Below, one piece after another: positions 38,648-48,906 of a DNA stretch of 64,000 nt (its first letter is position 1; every line of letters begins with the position of its first letter). Source of the stretch: an uncultured Gemmatimonadales bacterium (GTDB taxonomy: Bacteria; Gemmatimonadota; Gemmatimonadetes; Longimicrobiales; Gaopeijiaceae); the NCBI GenBank assembly GCA_963809895.1, contig CAWELD010000010.1, positions 512,001 to 576,000 on the forward strand, in the 5' to 3' direction. The position numbers were made by a program, and so were the translations under genes. The notes beneath the pieces are model-generated. The model was not told the origin of the DNA and ran no database searches. It saw nothing but the letters and a program-made list of their open reading frames with translations.

Positions 38648-39604
38648 ATGAACCCGACCCGAATCAGCAACGACCGCAGCGAGCCGCGGCATCCCATCCG
38701 CGTCGTCACCGCCCGAACGGGCCTCACCGCCTCCGCCTTGCGGGCCTGGGAGCGCCGCTACGGCGCCGTGGAGCCTGGACGGAGCGAGGGAGGCCAGCGG
38801 CTCTATTCCGATGCCGACGTGGAGCGCCTTCGTCTCCTGAAGAGCGCCACGGACGCCGGCCGCGCCATCAGCCAGGTGGCGGAACTGGAGGACGACGCTC
38901 TGCGGGAGATGGTGGCGGAGGATCGCCGGTCCCGCCCGCCCCACCCTCCGGACGAGCGTCCTGAGCCGACCTCCCGGGCGGTGACCCTCGTCGAGGCGGC
39001 GCTGCGGGCCGTCGAGGAGCTCGATGCCGAGTCCCTCGAATCGGAGCTTCGGCGCGGCGTGGTGACGTTGGGAGCGCGGACGTTCACGGACGAGTTGGTG
39101 GCGCCGTTGCTGCGCGAGATCGGCGCTCGCTGGAGTCGGGGCGACCTGCGCCCGGCGCACGAGCACGTGGCCAGCGCGGTGGTGGAGCGGGTGCTGGGTT
39201 GGATGCTGGACTCGGCCCGGGCCGAAGGCGCCGCCCCGGTGGCGCTCATCGGCACGCTTCCCGGAGAGGAGCACGGCCTGGGGGCGTTGCTGGCCGCGGC
39301 CACCGCGGCGTTGGAGGGATGGCGCGTGACCCTCCTGGGGCGGGATCTTCCGCCGCAGGACATCGGTCTGGCCGCTCGACGGCTACAGGCTCGGGTCGTC
39401 GGGTTGAGCGTGGTGAATCCCCCCGCACCGCGAGTGCTGGAGACGCAGATCCGCGAGCTGCTGGGCGAGCTGCCCCCGGGCACCGTGGTGGTGGCGGGAG
39501 GGCGTGCGGCGGGGTCGATCGCCATCGGCGATGACGGGCTCAGGCTTCGCACCACCGACACCCTGGCGGCCTTCCGTGCCCTCCTGGCCGAGCTCGCCGG
39601 ATGA
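38648..39604 (+). CDS. MerR-family cobalamin-binding photoregulator (CarH/LitR-like)
   Basis: LRAWERRYG MerR HTH; W-x9-EH (WSRGDLRPAHEH); ExHxxG (EEHGLG). Confidence 0.88.
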   Translation: MNPTRISNDRSEPRHPIRVVTARTGLTASALRAWERRYGAVEPGRSEGGQRLYSDADVERLRLLKSATDAGRAISQVAELEDDALREMVAEDRRSRPPHPPDERPEPTSRAVTLVEAALRAVEELDAESLESELRRGVVTLGARTFTDELVAPLLREIGARWSRGDLRPAHEHVASAVVERVLGWMLDSARAEGAAPVALIGTLPGEEHGLGALLAAATAALEGWRVTLLGRDLPPQDIGLAARRLQARVVGLSVVNPPAPRVLETQIRELLGELPPGTVVVAGGRAAGSIAIGDDGLRLRTTDTLAAFRALLAELAG

Positions 39605-40845
39605 GCAACCTGCTCATGCTCCTGGGTCTGGCCGCGGGGTTGGCGCTCGGGCTGGCGGCGTCGATCACAGGCTCACCGGCACTTCACGCCGTGGCTTCGG
39701 GGGTCGCGCCCCTGGGCGATGTCTTCATCCGCGGGCTTCAGATGGTGGTGATCCCCCTGGTCATGGCCGTCGTGTTCACGGGCGTGGCGCGTCTGGGCGA
39801 CACGCGCAAGCTGGGTCGTGTGGGTGGCACGGCGCTGGGCTTCATCTGGCTCACCACCCTCCCCGCTGTGGTGATGGGCATGCTGGCCATGCATCTGGTG
39901 CTGGGCTTCGTGCCCCCGGTACCGGTTCCCGCCACCCCCGGCGCGGCGGAAATCGCACAGGTTCCCGGTATCGTCGACTTCATCGTGGGCCTCATCCCCC
40001 GCAATCCCTTCGCCGCGGCCGCCGACGGGCGGCTCCTGCCGCTCCTTGTGTTCGCGGTGCTGTTCGGCGCCGCGGCGGGCGCCCTGCCGGAGGCTCAGCG
40101 CGAGCGGCTGGTGGAACTGGTGGACGCCGTCGGTGACGCCTTCATCAAGCTGGTGATGTGGATCCTGTGGATCGCGCCGGTGGGGATCTTCGGCCTGACC
40201 GCCCCTGCCACGGCCCGCATGGGTCTGGGGCTGTTGGAGTCGCTGGCCGCGTTCGTGGTCACGGTGGTGGTGACGTTGTTCGTCTTCATGGCGCTGATCT
40301 ATCTGCCCACCGTGGCGCTACTGGGCGGCGTCCGGCCCGGCCGCTTCATCCGCGGCACCCTGGCCAGCTACACCATGGGATTCACCACCACGAGCAGCGT
40401 GGCGACGCTGCCGGTTCTGCTCCGCGACGCGCCGGAGCTCGGCGTGTCGGAGTCGGTGGCGGACCTGGTGCTACCGCTGGCCGCGGCGCTCAACCGTGCC
40501 GGGAGCGGGCTGTTCCAGGGCGCGTCGGTGGTCTTCGTGGCGTGGCTCTACGGTATACAGGTCCCGGGCGGCGCCTGGATGGGCGCGGTGGTCGCCTGCT
40601 TCTTCGCCGCCGCCACGGTGGCACCGATTCCCAGCGCCAGCGTCATGACCCTGGCGCCTGCGCTGAACGCCGTGGGCGCTCCCCTGGCGGGCCTGGGGAT
40701 TCTTCTGGCCGTGGATCGCGTGCCGGACATGTTCCGGAGCGCCACGAATCAGACCGGCCACATGGCCGCTGCGGTCGTGACCCAGGGGCGGGTGGGGGAG
40801 CCCGCGCACCCGGCTCAGAAGCGCCAGCCGACTCCCGCGGCGTAG
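39601..40845 (+). CDS. Dicarboxylate/amino acid:cation symporter (GltP/DctA family)
   Basis: LIPRNPF, FTTTSSVATLP, DRVPDMFRSATN. Confidence 0.9.
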   Translation: MSNLLMLLGLAAGLALGLAASITGSPALHAVASGVAPLGDVFIRGLQMVVIPLVMAVVFTGVARLGDTRKLGRVGGTALGFIWLTTLPAVVMGMLAMHLVLGFVPPVPVPATPGAAEIAQVPGIVDFIVGLIPRNPFAAAADGRLLPLLVFAVLFGAAAGALPEAQRERLVELVDAVGDAFIKLVMWILWIAPVGIFGLTAPATARMGLGLLESLAAFVVTVVVTLFVFMALIYLPTVALLGGVRPGRFIRGTLASYTMGFTTTSSVATLPVLLRDAPELGVSESVADLVLPLAAALNRAGSGLFQGASVVFVAWLYGIQVPGGAWMGAVVACFFAAATVAPIPSASVMTLAPALNAVGAPLAGLGILLAVDRVPDMFRSATNQTGHMAAAVVTQGRVGEPAHPAQKRQPTPAA

Positions 40846-41363
40846 AGGGTCTGCGAGGCATCGAAGCCGTCGTACCAGCGGTGGCGAACCTCACCTCGAA
40901 GCAGGAGGTGGGGGATGACCTCGACGCGGAGCCCGGCGTGGCCGCCGTAGAGCGCGGACACGAAGTCCGCATCGGCCGGGCGGTCGTCGGCGAAATTGAA
41001 GGTGGTCCCGAGGTTGCCCCCGGCATACGGGACGAAGCGCCCGAAGGCCCACTCCGCGTGCATGGCGAAGTCCACGGTCCAGCGGATCTGGTCCACTTCG
41101 TCGGGATCCGTCCACGTCGCATGCTCCACCCCGGGTTCCAGGGTGAAGATCCGTGACAGGGGCAACTCGAACCGGAGTCCCACCACCGCCGCATTGTCGA
41201 CGCTGATGCTGTCGATCCCGTTGTCGAAGGACATGGTGCCACCGATCAGGGAGAGCGCCGGATTCGGCAAGGGCGAATCCTGGGCCACGAGGCCTCCCGC
41301 ATCACTCGCGAGGATCATCCCCGCCGTCACCACCACCCATCCCCATCCACGCGTGAGCCTCAT
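40815..41363 (-). CDS. Small outer-membrane beta-barrel protein
   Basis: Signal peptide; FVPYAGG; terminal GWRF. Confidence 0.7.
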   Translation of the reverse strand: MRLTRGWGWVVVTAGMILASDAGGLVAQDSPLPNPALSLIGGTMSFDNGIDSISVDNAAVVGLRFELPLSRIFTLEPGVEHATWTDPDEVDQIRWTVDFAMHAEWAFGRFVPYAGGNLGTTFNFADDRPADADFVSALYGGHAGLRVEVIPHLLLRGEVRHRWYDGFDASQTLYAAGVGWRF

Positions 41364-41454
41364 CGTCCGGGAACCTCCGTTCGTGCTGTTGGTGTCGTGG
41401 ATCGGCGCGCCGGCGCGAGCGTGCGGCGACCGTCCGATCGGCGTCCATTGAACG

Positions 41455-41943
41455 CTACATGGTAGAGCTTCGCAGCAGGATTCGCTCGATGGCCCGCTGG
41501 CGGAACCGGAAGATACGGCCGAGCTGCAGCCGCACCACGGGCAGGGCCACCTCGCCCAACGGCCAGGCCGGCAGGCGAAAACGAACGCGATCCTCCATGC
41601 GCGTGCCGCCCTCCACGGGACTGAAGGTGTGCGTATGCACCCAGGTATGGTAGGGCCCTCGGATCTGTTCGTCCGTGAAGCTCATGGGCGGATTCCAGGC
41701 CGAGATGCGCGTGCGCCAGGTGAAGGGGACGCCGAAGAGCCGCAGCCGATAGTCGATCAGGCGGCCCTCGTGGACGTCCACCGGGAGGGGCGTGACGATA
41801 CGGAAGGCGAGCTCGGGCGGGGTGATGCGCTCCAGGTTCTCCGCGGCCGCGAAGAACGGAAAGACCTCGTCGATGGCCAGAGGCAGCACGGTCTCGGTGC
41901 GCAGCAGGTGCTGGCCGCGGTCGAGTCGCTCGAAGGTGATCAT
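41455..41943 (-). CDS. SRPBCC-family protein
   Basis: NLERITPP, FTDEQIRGPY..WVHTHTF, MEDRV. Confidence 0.82.
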   Translation of the reverse strand: MITFERLDRGQHLLRTETVLPLAIDEVFPFFAAAENLERITPPELAFRIVTPLPVDVHEGRLIDYRLRLFGVPFTWRTRISAWNPPMSFTDEQIRGPYHTWVHTHTFSPVEGGTRMEDRVRFRLPAWPLGEVALPVVRLQLGRIFRFRQRAIERILLRSSTM

Positions 41944-42091
41944 GGGCTGCAGAACCCAGCGTCCAGGGAATGGGTTCCAGGACCTCGTGGATTGCGGCGT
42001 TTTCGCCGGTGGGGTGACGACCGTACTTTGCGGTCCGGGTCGCTCCCTGGGCGGCCGGAGCTCATCCATCCATCGCGGCGGAGCTTACACG

Positions 42092-44968
42092 ATGCGTTCC
42101 ACGATCCGTGCTTCCGTGCGGGCGGCCGGTGCAGCCGCCCTCGCTCTCCTTCTCCTTGCCGGCCCCACGGCGGCCCAGGAGGGAGCCTCCGACTCGTCCC
42201 CTCGTACCATGACGCCCGACGACTACGGCAAGTTCGAACGGCTGGGGCGCTCGACGCTCTCCGACGACGGCCGCTGGCTCGCCGTGGAGATCCTGAGGGT
42301 GAACGAGGAGAACGAGCTGCGGGCACGGGCGCTGGCGAACCCGGATTCGGTGGTGGTGGTGCCCTACGGCACCAGCGCCGCCTTCTCCAGCGACGGCCGC
42401 TGGCTGGGCGTGAGCCGCGGTGTGAGCTCCGACGAGCGCGAACGTCTGCAGAAGGCGAAGAAGCCGGTCCACGACGACCTCGTGCTGGTCGATCTGTCCG
42501 ACGGCTCGCGCACCGAGGTGGAGGACGTGGCCAGCTTCGCCTTCTCCGCCGACGGCCACTTCCTGGCCATGCGTCGATATCCGCCTCAGGGCGACCGCGA
42601 CGCCAAGGGCGTGGACCTGGTGGTGCGCGACCTCTCCAGCGGCGTGGAGACCGCCTTCGGCAACGTGTCGGAATACGCCTGGGCGGATCAGGGCACGTTG
42701 CTGGCGATGACCGTGGACGCCCAGGAGATGGCGGGCAACGGGGTGCAGCTCTTCGACGCCGGCAGCGGGCGCCTCACGACCCTCGACTCCCACGACACCC
42801 GCTACTCGGGCCTGCGCTGGCGCGACGACGCCAACGATCTGGCGGTCATGCGCCAGATGCCCCGCGACGACGATGGTGAGAAGGCCTGGGCGGACACGGC
42901 GCAGGTGGTTCTCGCGTGGACCGGGATCAGGAGTGGCACGCGTCCCGCCACGCACCTGCTCTCTGCCGCCACCGGGGGATTCCCGGACAGCACGCGGATC
43001 GTGTCGTTCCAACCCCTGCGCTGGTCCGAAGAGGGCGACATGGTCTTCGTGGGCCTGGACGCCCGTGAGGTGGCGCCGCCGAAGTGTGAGCCGGAGGGCG
43101 AGGGTGAGGCCGCGGACGAAGCGGAGGAGGGTGGCGACATGGAGGGCCAGGAGGCGCCGGCTCCGGACGCCGAGGCGTGCGAGAAGGTCGACGAGGACGA
43201 CAAGCCCACCGTGGAGGTCTGGCACGCCAAGGACGTGGACATCGTGCCCACCCAGAAGGTGCAGGCGAACCGGGACCGGCGTGAGAACGACCTGGCGGCG
43301 TGGCACGTGGCCGGGAACCGGCTGGTCCGCCTCGAGGACGACCTCACCGAAGACGTGACCATCCTGCCCGATGCCGATGTGGCCATCGGCAGCGACGCCA
43401 CGCCCTACGAGGCGGACCGCATGTTCGGGCCCGCCTACAGGGACGTGTACCTGGTGGATCTGGACAGTGGCGAGAAGACCAGGGCGCTGGAGCAGGTGGA
43501 GTTCTTCCTGGGGGCCAGCCCGTCGGGACGCTACCTGATCTGGGTGCAGGACGACGACGTCTGGAGCTGGGACGCGCGCGACGGTACGACCACGAACCTG
43601 ACCGGCGACCTGCCGACCTCGTTCGTGGACGTCGACGACGACCACACGGTGGACCAGAAGCCGCCCTACGGTGTGGGCGGATGGCTGGAGGACGACGAGG
43701 CCGTGCTCCTCTACGACAAGCTCGACGTCTGGCAGGTGGCGCCCGACGGATCCGACGCGCGCCAGCTCACCCACGGGGCCGACGCCAACGTGCGGTACCG
43801 GCGCGTGCGCCTGGACTTCGACGAGCGGGCCATCGATCCCGACGAGCCCCAGTACTTCTCGATGTACGACGACTGGGCGGAGGAGTGGGGGTACGGGCGC
43901 TCGAACGACCTGGGCGGAGACGTGCAGCGCCTGGTGTGGGGCCCGCAGAGCTACGGCGGCCTGACCAAGGCAGAGGACGCCGACGTCTACCTGTACCAGG
44001 AGCAGGACTTCGACGACTCGCCGGACTACTTCGTTACCGGTCCCCGGCTGCGGAACCCCCGCCAGGTGACCAAGACCAATCCGTTCCAGGACGACTACCT
44101 GTGGGGGCACACCGAGCTCATCACCTACCAGAACACCTACGGGGACACGCTCCAGGGCGCGCTCTACTACCCGGCGGGCTACGAGCCGGGCCGCAAGTAT
44201 CCCATGATCACGTACATCTACGAAATCCTCTCCAACGGCGTGCGCCGCTACTACACGCCCTCGGAGCGGGACTACTACAACCTCCAGAGCTGGGTGCAGC
44301 ACGGCTACTTCGTCTTCCAGCCGGACATCGTCTACAAGGACCGCGACCCGGGGGTGAGCGCGGTGGCGGCGCTGGAGCCGGCGGTGGCGGCGGTGGTGGC
44401 CAAGGGCGATGTGGATCCGGAGCGGGTGGGCCTGGTGGGCCACTCCTGGGGTGGCTATCAGACCACCTTCACCGTGACCCAGACCGACATCTTCGCGGCG
44501 GCGGTGGCCGGAGCGCCCCTCACCAACCTCTTCAGCATGTACCTGTCGGTGTACTGGAACAGCGGCGGTACCGACGCGCGCATCTTCGAGATCAGCCAGG
44601 GGCGCATGGAGGTGCCGTTCTGGGAAGACGAGGCGGCCTACGAGCGCAACAGCCCGGTCTTCCACATCGAGGATCTGCACACGCCCTTCCTCATGGCGCA
44701 GGGCTCGGAGGACGGCGCCGTGGACTTCAATCAGGGCGTGGAGTTCTACAACGCGGCGCGCCGGGCCGGGAAGGACTTCGTCTTCCTGGTCTACAACGGC
44801 GAGAACCACGGCTTCAGCCAGGAGCCGAACCAGAAGGACTACCACCGGCGCATCATGGAGTGGTTCGGTCACTACCTGAAGGGAGATCCGGCCCCGGACT
44901 GGATGACCCAGGGCGTGCCGTACCTGGAGCAGGCCGAGGAGACGCGGACCTCGCGGGGCGGTGGGTGA
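42092..44968 (+). CDS. S9 prolyl oligopeptidase-family serine peptidase
   Basis: Signal peptide; propeller region; GHSWGG, DGAVD, ENHG catalytic triad. Confidence 0.92.
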   Translation: MRSTIRASVRAAGAAALALLLLAGPTAAQEGASDSSPRTMTPDDYGKFERLGRSTLSDDGRWLAVEILRVNEENELRARALANPDSVVVVPYGTSAAFSSDGRWLGVSRGVSSDERERLQKAKKPVHDDLVLVDLSDGSRTEVEDVASFAFSADGHFLAMRRYPPQGDRDAKGVDLVVRDLSSGVETAFGNVSEYAWADQGTLLAMTVDAQEMAGNGVQLFDAGSGRLTTLDSHDTRYSGLRWRDDANDLAVMRQMPRDDDGEKAWADTAQVVLAWTGIRSGTRPATHLLSAATGGFPDSTRIVSFQPLRWSEEGDMVFVGLDAREVAPPKCEPEGEGEAADEAEEGGDMEGQEAPAPDAEACEKVDEDDKPTVEVWHAKDVDIVPTQKVQANRDRRENDLAAWHVAGNRLVRLEDDLTEDVTILPDADVAIGSDATPYEADRMFGPAYRDVYLVDLDSGEKTRALEQVEFFLGASPSGRYLIWVQDDDVWSWDARDGTTTNLTGDLPTSFVDVDDDHTVDQKPPYGVGGWLEDDEAVLLYDKLDVWQVAPDGSDARQLTHGADANVRYRRVRLDFDERAIDPDEPQYFSMYDDWAEEWGYGRSNDLGGDVQRLVWGPQSYGGLTKAEDADVYLYQEQDFDDSPDYFVTGPRLRNPRQVTKTNPFQDDYLWGHTELITYQNTYGDTLQGALYYPAGYEPGRKYPMITYIYEILSNGVRRYYTPSERDYYNLQSWVQHGYFVFQPDIVYKDRDPGVSAVAALEPAVAAVVAKGDVDPERVGLVGHSWGGYQTTFTVTQTDIFAAAVAGAPLTNLFSMYLSVYWNSGGTDARIFEISQGRMEVPFWEDEAAYERNSPVFHIEDLHTPFLMAQGSEDGAVDFNQGVEFYNAARRAGKDFVFLVYNGENHGFSQEPNQKDYHRRIMEWFGHYLKGDPAPDWMTQGVPYLEQAEETRTSRGGG

Positions 44969-44984
44969 GGGCCCAGGAGACCGG

Positions 44985-45662
44985 ATGGCCGACCCTCTAG
45001 CGATTCCGGCGGGAGACGCCGAGGAGCTCCCCGGGCTCCTGGAGCGGCCGCCGGATGCCCACGCGCTGCTCGTGCTCGCCCACGGCGCCGGCGCGGGCAT
45101 GCGCCACGCCTTCATGGAGGCGGCGGCACAGCGGCTCGCCGAGCGCGGGGTAGCCACGCTTCGCTACGAGTTTCCGTACATGGCCGCCGGTGGGCGGCGC
45201 CCCGACCGGCCGCCGGTGGCTCGGGCCGCGGTCCGGGCCGCGGTGGCGGCCGGTCTGGAGTTGGCTCGCGGGCTCCCGGTCTTCGCTGGAGGCAAGTCCT
45301 TCGGCGGGCGCATGACCTCGCAGGAGGCGTCGGCGGGCGGGTTGTCGGGCGTAGCTGGGCTGGTCTTTCTCGGCTTTCCGCTGCACCCGGCGGGGCGGCC
45401 CGGCACCGAACGGGCGGATCACCTGGCGGGCGTCCGGCAGCCCATGCTGTTCGTCCAGGGCACCCGCGACCGCCTGGCGGAGCTCGAGCTGCTGCGGCCG
45501 GTGTTGGACGGCCTGGGCCCGCGGGCGACGCTCCACGTGGAGGAGGGCGCCGATCACGGATTCCACGTGTTGAAGCGCTCGGGCCGGACCGACGCCGGCG
45601 TGCTGGATGCCATCGCCGACGCGGTGGCAGCGTGGATGCGACAGGTGCCGGCGGGGCCGTAG
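44985..45662 (+). CDS. Alpha/beta hydrolase (KANL3/Tex30-like)
   Basis: [28 protein letters not shown]. Confidence 0.88.
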   Translation: MADPLAIPAGDAEELPGLLERPPDAHALLVLAHGAGAGMRHAFMEAAAQRLAERGVATLRYEFPYMAAGGRRPDRPPVARAAVRAAVAAGLELARGLPVFAGGKSFGGRMTSQEASAGGLSGVAGLVFLGFPLHPAGRPGTERADHLAGVRQPMLFVQGTRDRLAELELLRPVLDGLGPRATLHVEEGADHGFHVLKRSGRTDAGVLDAIADAVAAWMRQVPAGP

Positions 45663-45763
45663 CCGGTCGCCCGCCCCCCTCTTCCGCGGTGATCCGTGAA
45701 ACCTGACCATGGCGAGTCTCGTCGGGCGTTTATACAATGTAGAATCACACGCCACCGACCCTC

Positions 45764-48394
45764 ATGCGCCCACTTCCACAACGTGATCCGCCCCTCGCGG
45801 CCCTGGCCGCGCGTCTCCTGGCGCTTCTGGCCGGCTCCTCGGACGGCCGCGCCATGGCTGACGACCTGGCGGAGGAGCACCGACGCTTCGTGCGTCCGGT
45901 CCGAGGCGGTGCGAGGGCTGCGCTCTGGTACTGGTGGCAGGTGCTGCGGTCGGCGGCGGCGCTGATCGCGGCGCGCTTCGGAGAGGACACCACAACGGCG
46001 AAGGGAGGGGGGATGAGGATGGGCTCCGTCATGCAGGACATCCGGTATGCGTTGCGCGGGCTCCGGTCGAGGCCCGTGTTCACCGTCACCGTCGTGGTGA
46101 CGTTGGCACTGGGCGTCGGGGGCACCGCGGCCATCTTCACCGTGCTGCGGGGCACCCTGCTGCGTCCCCTGCCGTACGTGGCGCCCGACGACACCTACGT
46201 GTTCTGGGACGTCTATTCGTGGCAGCCCAAGGAGTTCGCGCTGCTGCGGGACGACTGGGACGCCTTCGACGCCGTGGGCGCCTACTGGCCGGAGCAGGAG
46301 GTGCTCCAGGTGGATGGGGGCGCAGCGACCGCCGAAGACGGGTTGCTGGTGACCCACGAGATCTTCCAGGCTCTGGGTCGCGACGCGGCGCTGGGGCGCG
46401 TCCTGACGGCCGACGACGAGGGGCCCGGAGGTGGCAGTCCGGCGCCGGTGGCCGTGATCGCCTGGGGTCTCTGGCAGGAGTTGGGCGGCCAGAGGGACAT
46501 CCTGAACCGGACGGTGAGGATCAGCGGGGTCGACACGCGAGTGGTGGGGGTGATGCCGCCGGACTTCTTCTTTCCCGATCCGGGGGTGCGCATCTGGCGG
46601 CCCATGAACATCGACCCGAGGCGCGGAGGCGGGTATCTCGCACTTCTGGGGCGAAGCGCGTCCGGTGTGGGGCCGGGGGAGATCCAGGCGAACGTGGACC
46701 GGGTGACGGCGCGACTGGGCGAGACCTTCCAGTACCCCGCCGAATTCGACCGGACGCGTGATCCCTCGCTCACTCCGGTGAAGTCGTATCTCTTCGGTGA
46801 CACCCGCACCCCCCTGCTGCTGGTGGCCGGCGCGCTGGCTCTCACGCTACTCGTCGCCTGCGCCAACGTGGCGGCGCTACTGGTAGCGCGGACGGATGCA
46901 CGTCGCGGTGAGTTGGCGGTGCGGACGGCGGTGGGCGCTGGCCGGGGCCGTCTCGCCCGGCAGCTTTGCACCGAGACCCTCGTCCTGGGTGGTCTGGCGG
47001 GGCTCGCCGCGGCGGTCGTGGGCTCCGGCGCGCTCCGGCTACTTCGAGGCCTGCTGCCCGTGCCGCCCGGGATGGCGGAGGCGCTCGGCGTCGACGTGGA
47101 GACGGTGCTGGCGGCCGTGGTGGTCGGCGTGACGACGGGCGCCGTGGTGGGGATGGGTCCGGTGCTTCGATTGCTGCGTGGGCATGGGTCGCTGTCGCAG
47201 GGAGGCGCCCGGGGACGGATTGGTGGAAGCCGCCTGGAAAGTGGTTTGGTGGTGGCTGAGGTGGCGCTGGCGCTCCTGTTGGTCGGGGGCGCGGGGCTGC
47301 TCGTACGGAGCGTCAGGGCGCTGGAGCGGGTGGACACCGGCGTGGATCCCTCCGGCGTACTGGTGGTCGATCTGGTGGCGGGGAATGGGGACTTCGGTGG
47401 GCAGGAGCTGCCTGGGCTCTACCGGGAGCTTCGACAACGGGTCGGTGAGCTGCCGGGCGTGACATCGGTGGGACTCACCCAGAAGCTCCCCTTGCGGGGC
47501 CGTGGCTGGATCACCGGCGTGGGTGACCTCGATCAGCCTGGCGGGGACGAAGTGTTTGCCTTCGTGCGCTTCGTGACGCCGGGCTACCTGGAGGCCCTGG
47601 GCGTCCCGCTGCTCCAGGGACGCGGAATGGACGAGGTCCTGGACGCCCCGGGTGCGGACCGCTCGGCCCTCGTGAACGAGACGCTGGCGCACACGCTCTG
47701 GCCCGACGGGAATCCCCTGGGGCATCGCACGTCCGACGCCATGGGCAACGACGTCACCGTGGTGGGCGTGGTGGGTGATGTGAAGGAAGGCGATCTCACG
47801 GATCCCCGCGAGCCGGTCCTGTACGTGCCCCTCATGCAGAACGCCAGCTTCGTGGCCCCCACGATGGTGCTGGCATCGCGGCCCGGAGCCGATACGGAGC
47901 TCGCCGCCTCGGTGCGCGAGGTGGTAGCGGCCGTGGACTCCCGTGTGGCGGTGGACAGGATCGAGTCCATGGACGCCGTCGTTGAGCAAGCCCAGGGTGA
48001 AGCCCTCCGGGTCATGCGGCTGCTGGCAGCGTTGGGCGGTCTCGCGCTCCTGCTCGGTGCGGTGGGCGTATACGGTGTCCTGTCGCACTGGGTGGGCCGG
48101 CGCTCCCGGGTGTGGGCCGTGTCGCTGGCGCTCGGCTCGTCGCCGGCGCGTGTCGTGCGCGGGGTGGTAACCCGGGGGCTCGGCCTCGTCATCGCCGGCC
48201 TGATCCTCGGGGCGCTCGCGTTTCTCGGCACGGCGCGAGCCGCCGCAGGCCTTCTGTACGAGGTGGCGCCGTGGGATCCGGTCGCCCTGGGTGCCGCCGC
48301 GGGCGCCCTCCTGGGCGCAGGGATCCTCGCCGCCTGGCTGCCCGCTCGCCGCGCGGCGCGCGTGGATCCCATGACGACGCTCAGGGGAGAGTGA
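45764..48394 (+). CDS. ADOP-type duplicated permease #2
   Basis: DDLAEE prefix domain; QDIRYALRGL; ACANVAAL; RRAARVDPMTTLRGE. Confidence 0.9.
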   Translation: MRPLPQRDPPLAALAARLLALLAGSSDGRAMADDLAEEHRRFVRPVRGGARAALWYWWQVLRSAAALIAARFGEDTTTAKGGGMRMGSVMQDIRYALRGLRSRPVFTVTVVVTLALGVGGTAAIFTVLRGTLLRPLPYVAPDDTYVFWDVYSWQPKEFALLRDDWDAFDAVGAYWPEQEVLQVDGGAATAEDGLLVTHEIFQALGRDAALGRVLTADDEGPGGGSPAPVAVIAWGLWQELGGQRDILNRTVRISGVDTRVVGVMPPDFFFPDPGVRIWRPMNIDPRRGGGYLALLGRSASGVGPGEIQANVDRVTARLGETFQYPAEFDRTRDPSLTPVKSYLFGDTRTPLLLVAGALALTLLVACANVAALLVARTDARRGELAVRTAVGAGRGRLARQLCTETLVLGGLAGLAAAVVGSGALRLLRGLLPVPPGMAEALGVDVETVLAAVVVGVTTGAVVGMGPVLRLLRGHGSLSQGGARGRIGGSRLESGLVVAEVALALLLVGGAGLLVRSVRALERVDTGVDPSGVLVVDLVAGNGDFGGQELPGLYRELRQRVGELPGVTSVGLTQKLPLRGRGWITGVGDLDQPGGDEVFAFVRFVTPGYLEALGVPLLQGRGMDEVLDAPGADRSALVNETLAHTLWPDGNPLGHRTSDAMGNDVTVVGVVGDVKEGDLTDPREPVLYVPLMQNASFVAPTMVLASRPGADTELAASVREVVAAVDSRVAVDRIESMDAVVEQAQGEALRVMRLLAALGGLALLLGAVGVYGVLSHWVGRRSRVWAVSLALGSSPARVVRGVVTRGLGLVIAGLILGALAFLGTARAAAGLLYEVAPWDPVALGAAAGALLGAGILAAWLPARRAARVDPMTTLRGE

Positions 48395-48395
48395 C

Positions 48396-48740
48396 ATGAC
48401 GAGCTCCGACGATCCGGTCCCGGGAGTGTTCGAGGAGCAGGTCCTGGTGGCCGTGGTGCGATGCGGTGACGACGCCTATGGCATGACCGTGCGCCGGGAG
48501 CTCCAGGACCGCACCGGCCGGGACGTCTCCATCGGCGCCGTCTACGCCACCCTGGACCGTATGGAGTCCAAGGGCTGGGTGAGATCGCACCACGCCACCG
48601 AGGCCGAAGCGCAGGGCGGTGGCCGGCGCCGCTACTTCGCCCTGGAAGAGGCCGGCGCCCGGGCCCTTCTCGAGGTCCGCCGAGTGCGGGACCGGCTGTG
48701 GCAGGGCGTCGATCCGGAGACGATTCTCCCCGAGGGATAG
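48396..48740 (+). CDS. PadR-family regulator #2
   Basis: AYGMTVRREL...GAVYATLDRMESKG...RRYF. Confidence 0.9.
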   Translation: MTSSDDPVPGVFEEQVLVAVVRCGDDAYGMTVRRELQDRTGRDVSIGAVYATLDRMESKGWVRSHHATEAEAQGGGRRRYFALEEAGARALLEVRRVRDRLWQGVDPETILPEG

Positions 48741-48906
48741 CGCGACGCTGCCGCACAGTGGGGGGCGCGGGGGCGGCGACTGCCGCCGGGTGGGGGGCGC
48801 GGGGGCGCCGACTGGCCCAGAGGGTGGCGAGCTCGGGGGCGCCGGGGGCGACAGAGGGTGGGGGGCGCGAGGGCGGCGACTGCCGCCGGGCTCGCGCGGC
48901 CGGCGA

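Noticed and set aside
42062..45157. Long antisense ORFs (also 53707-56514, 23936-26770, 60045-62336)
   Set aside because: Shadow frames of well-supported genes in high-GC DNA, with no recognisable motifs.
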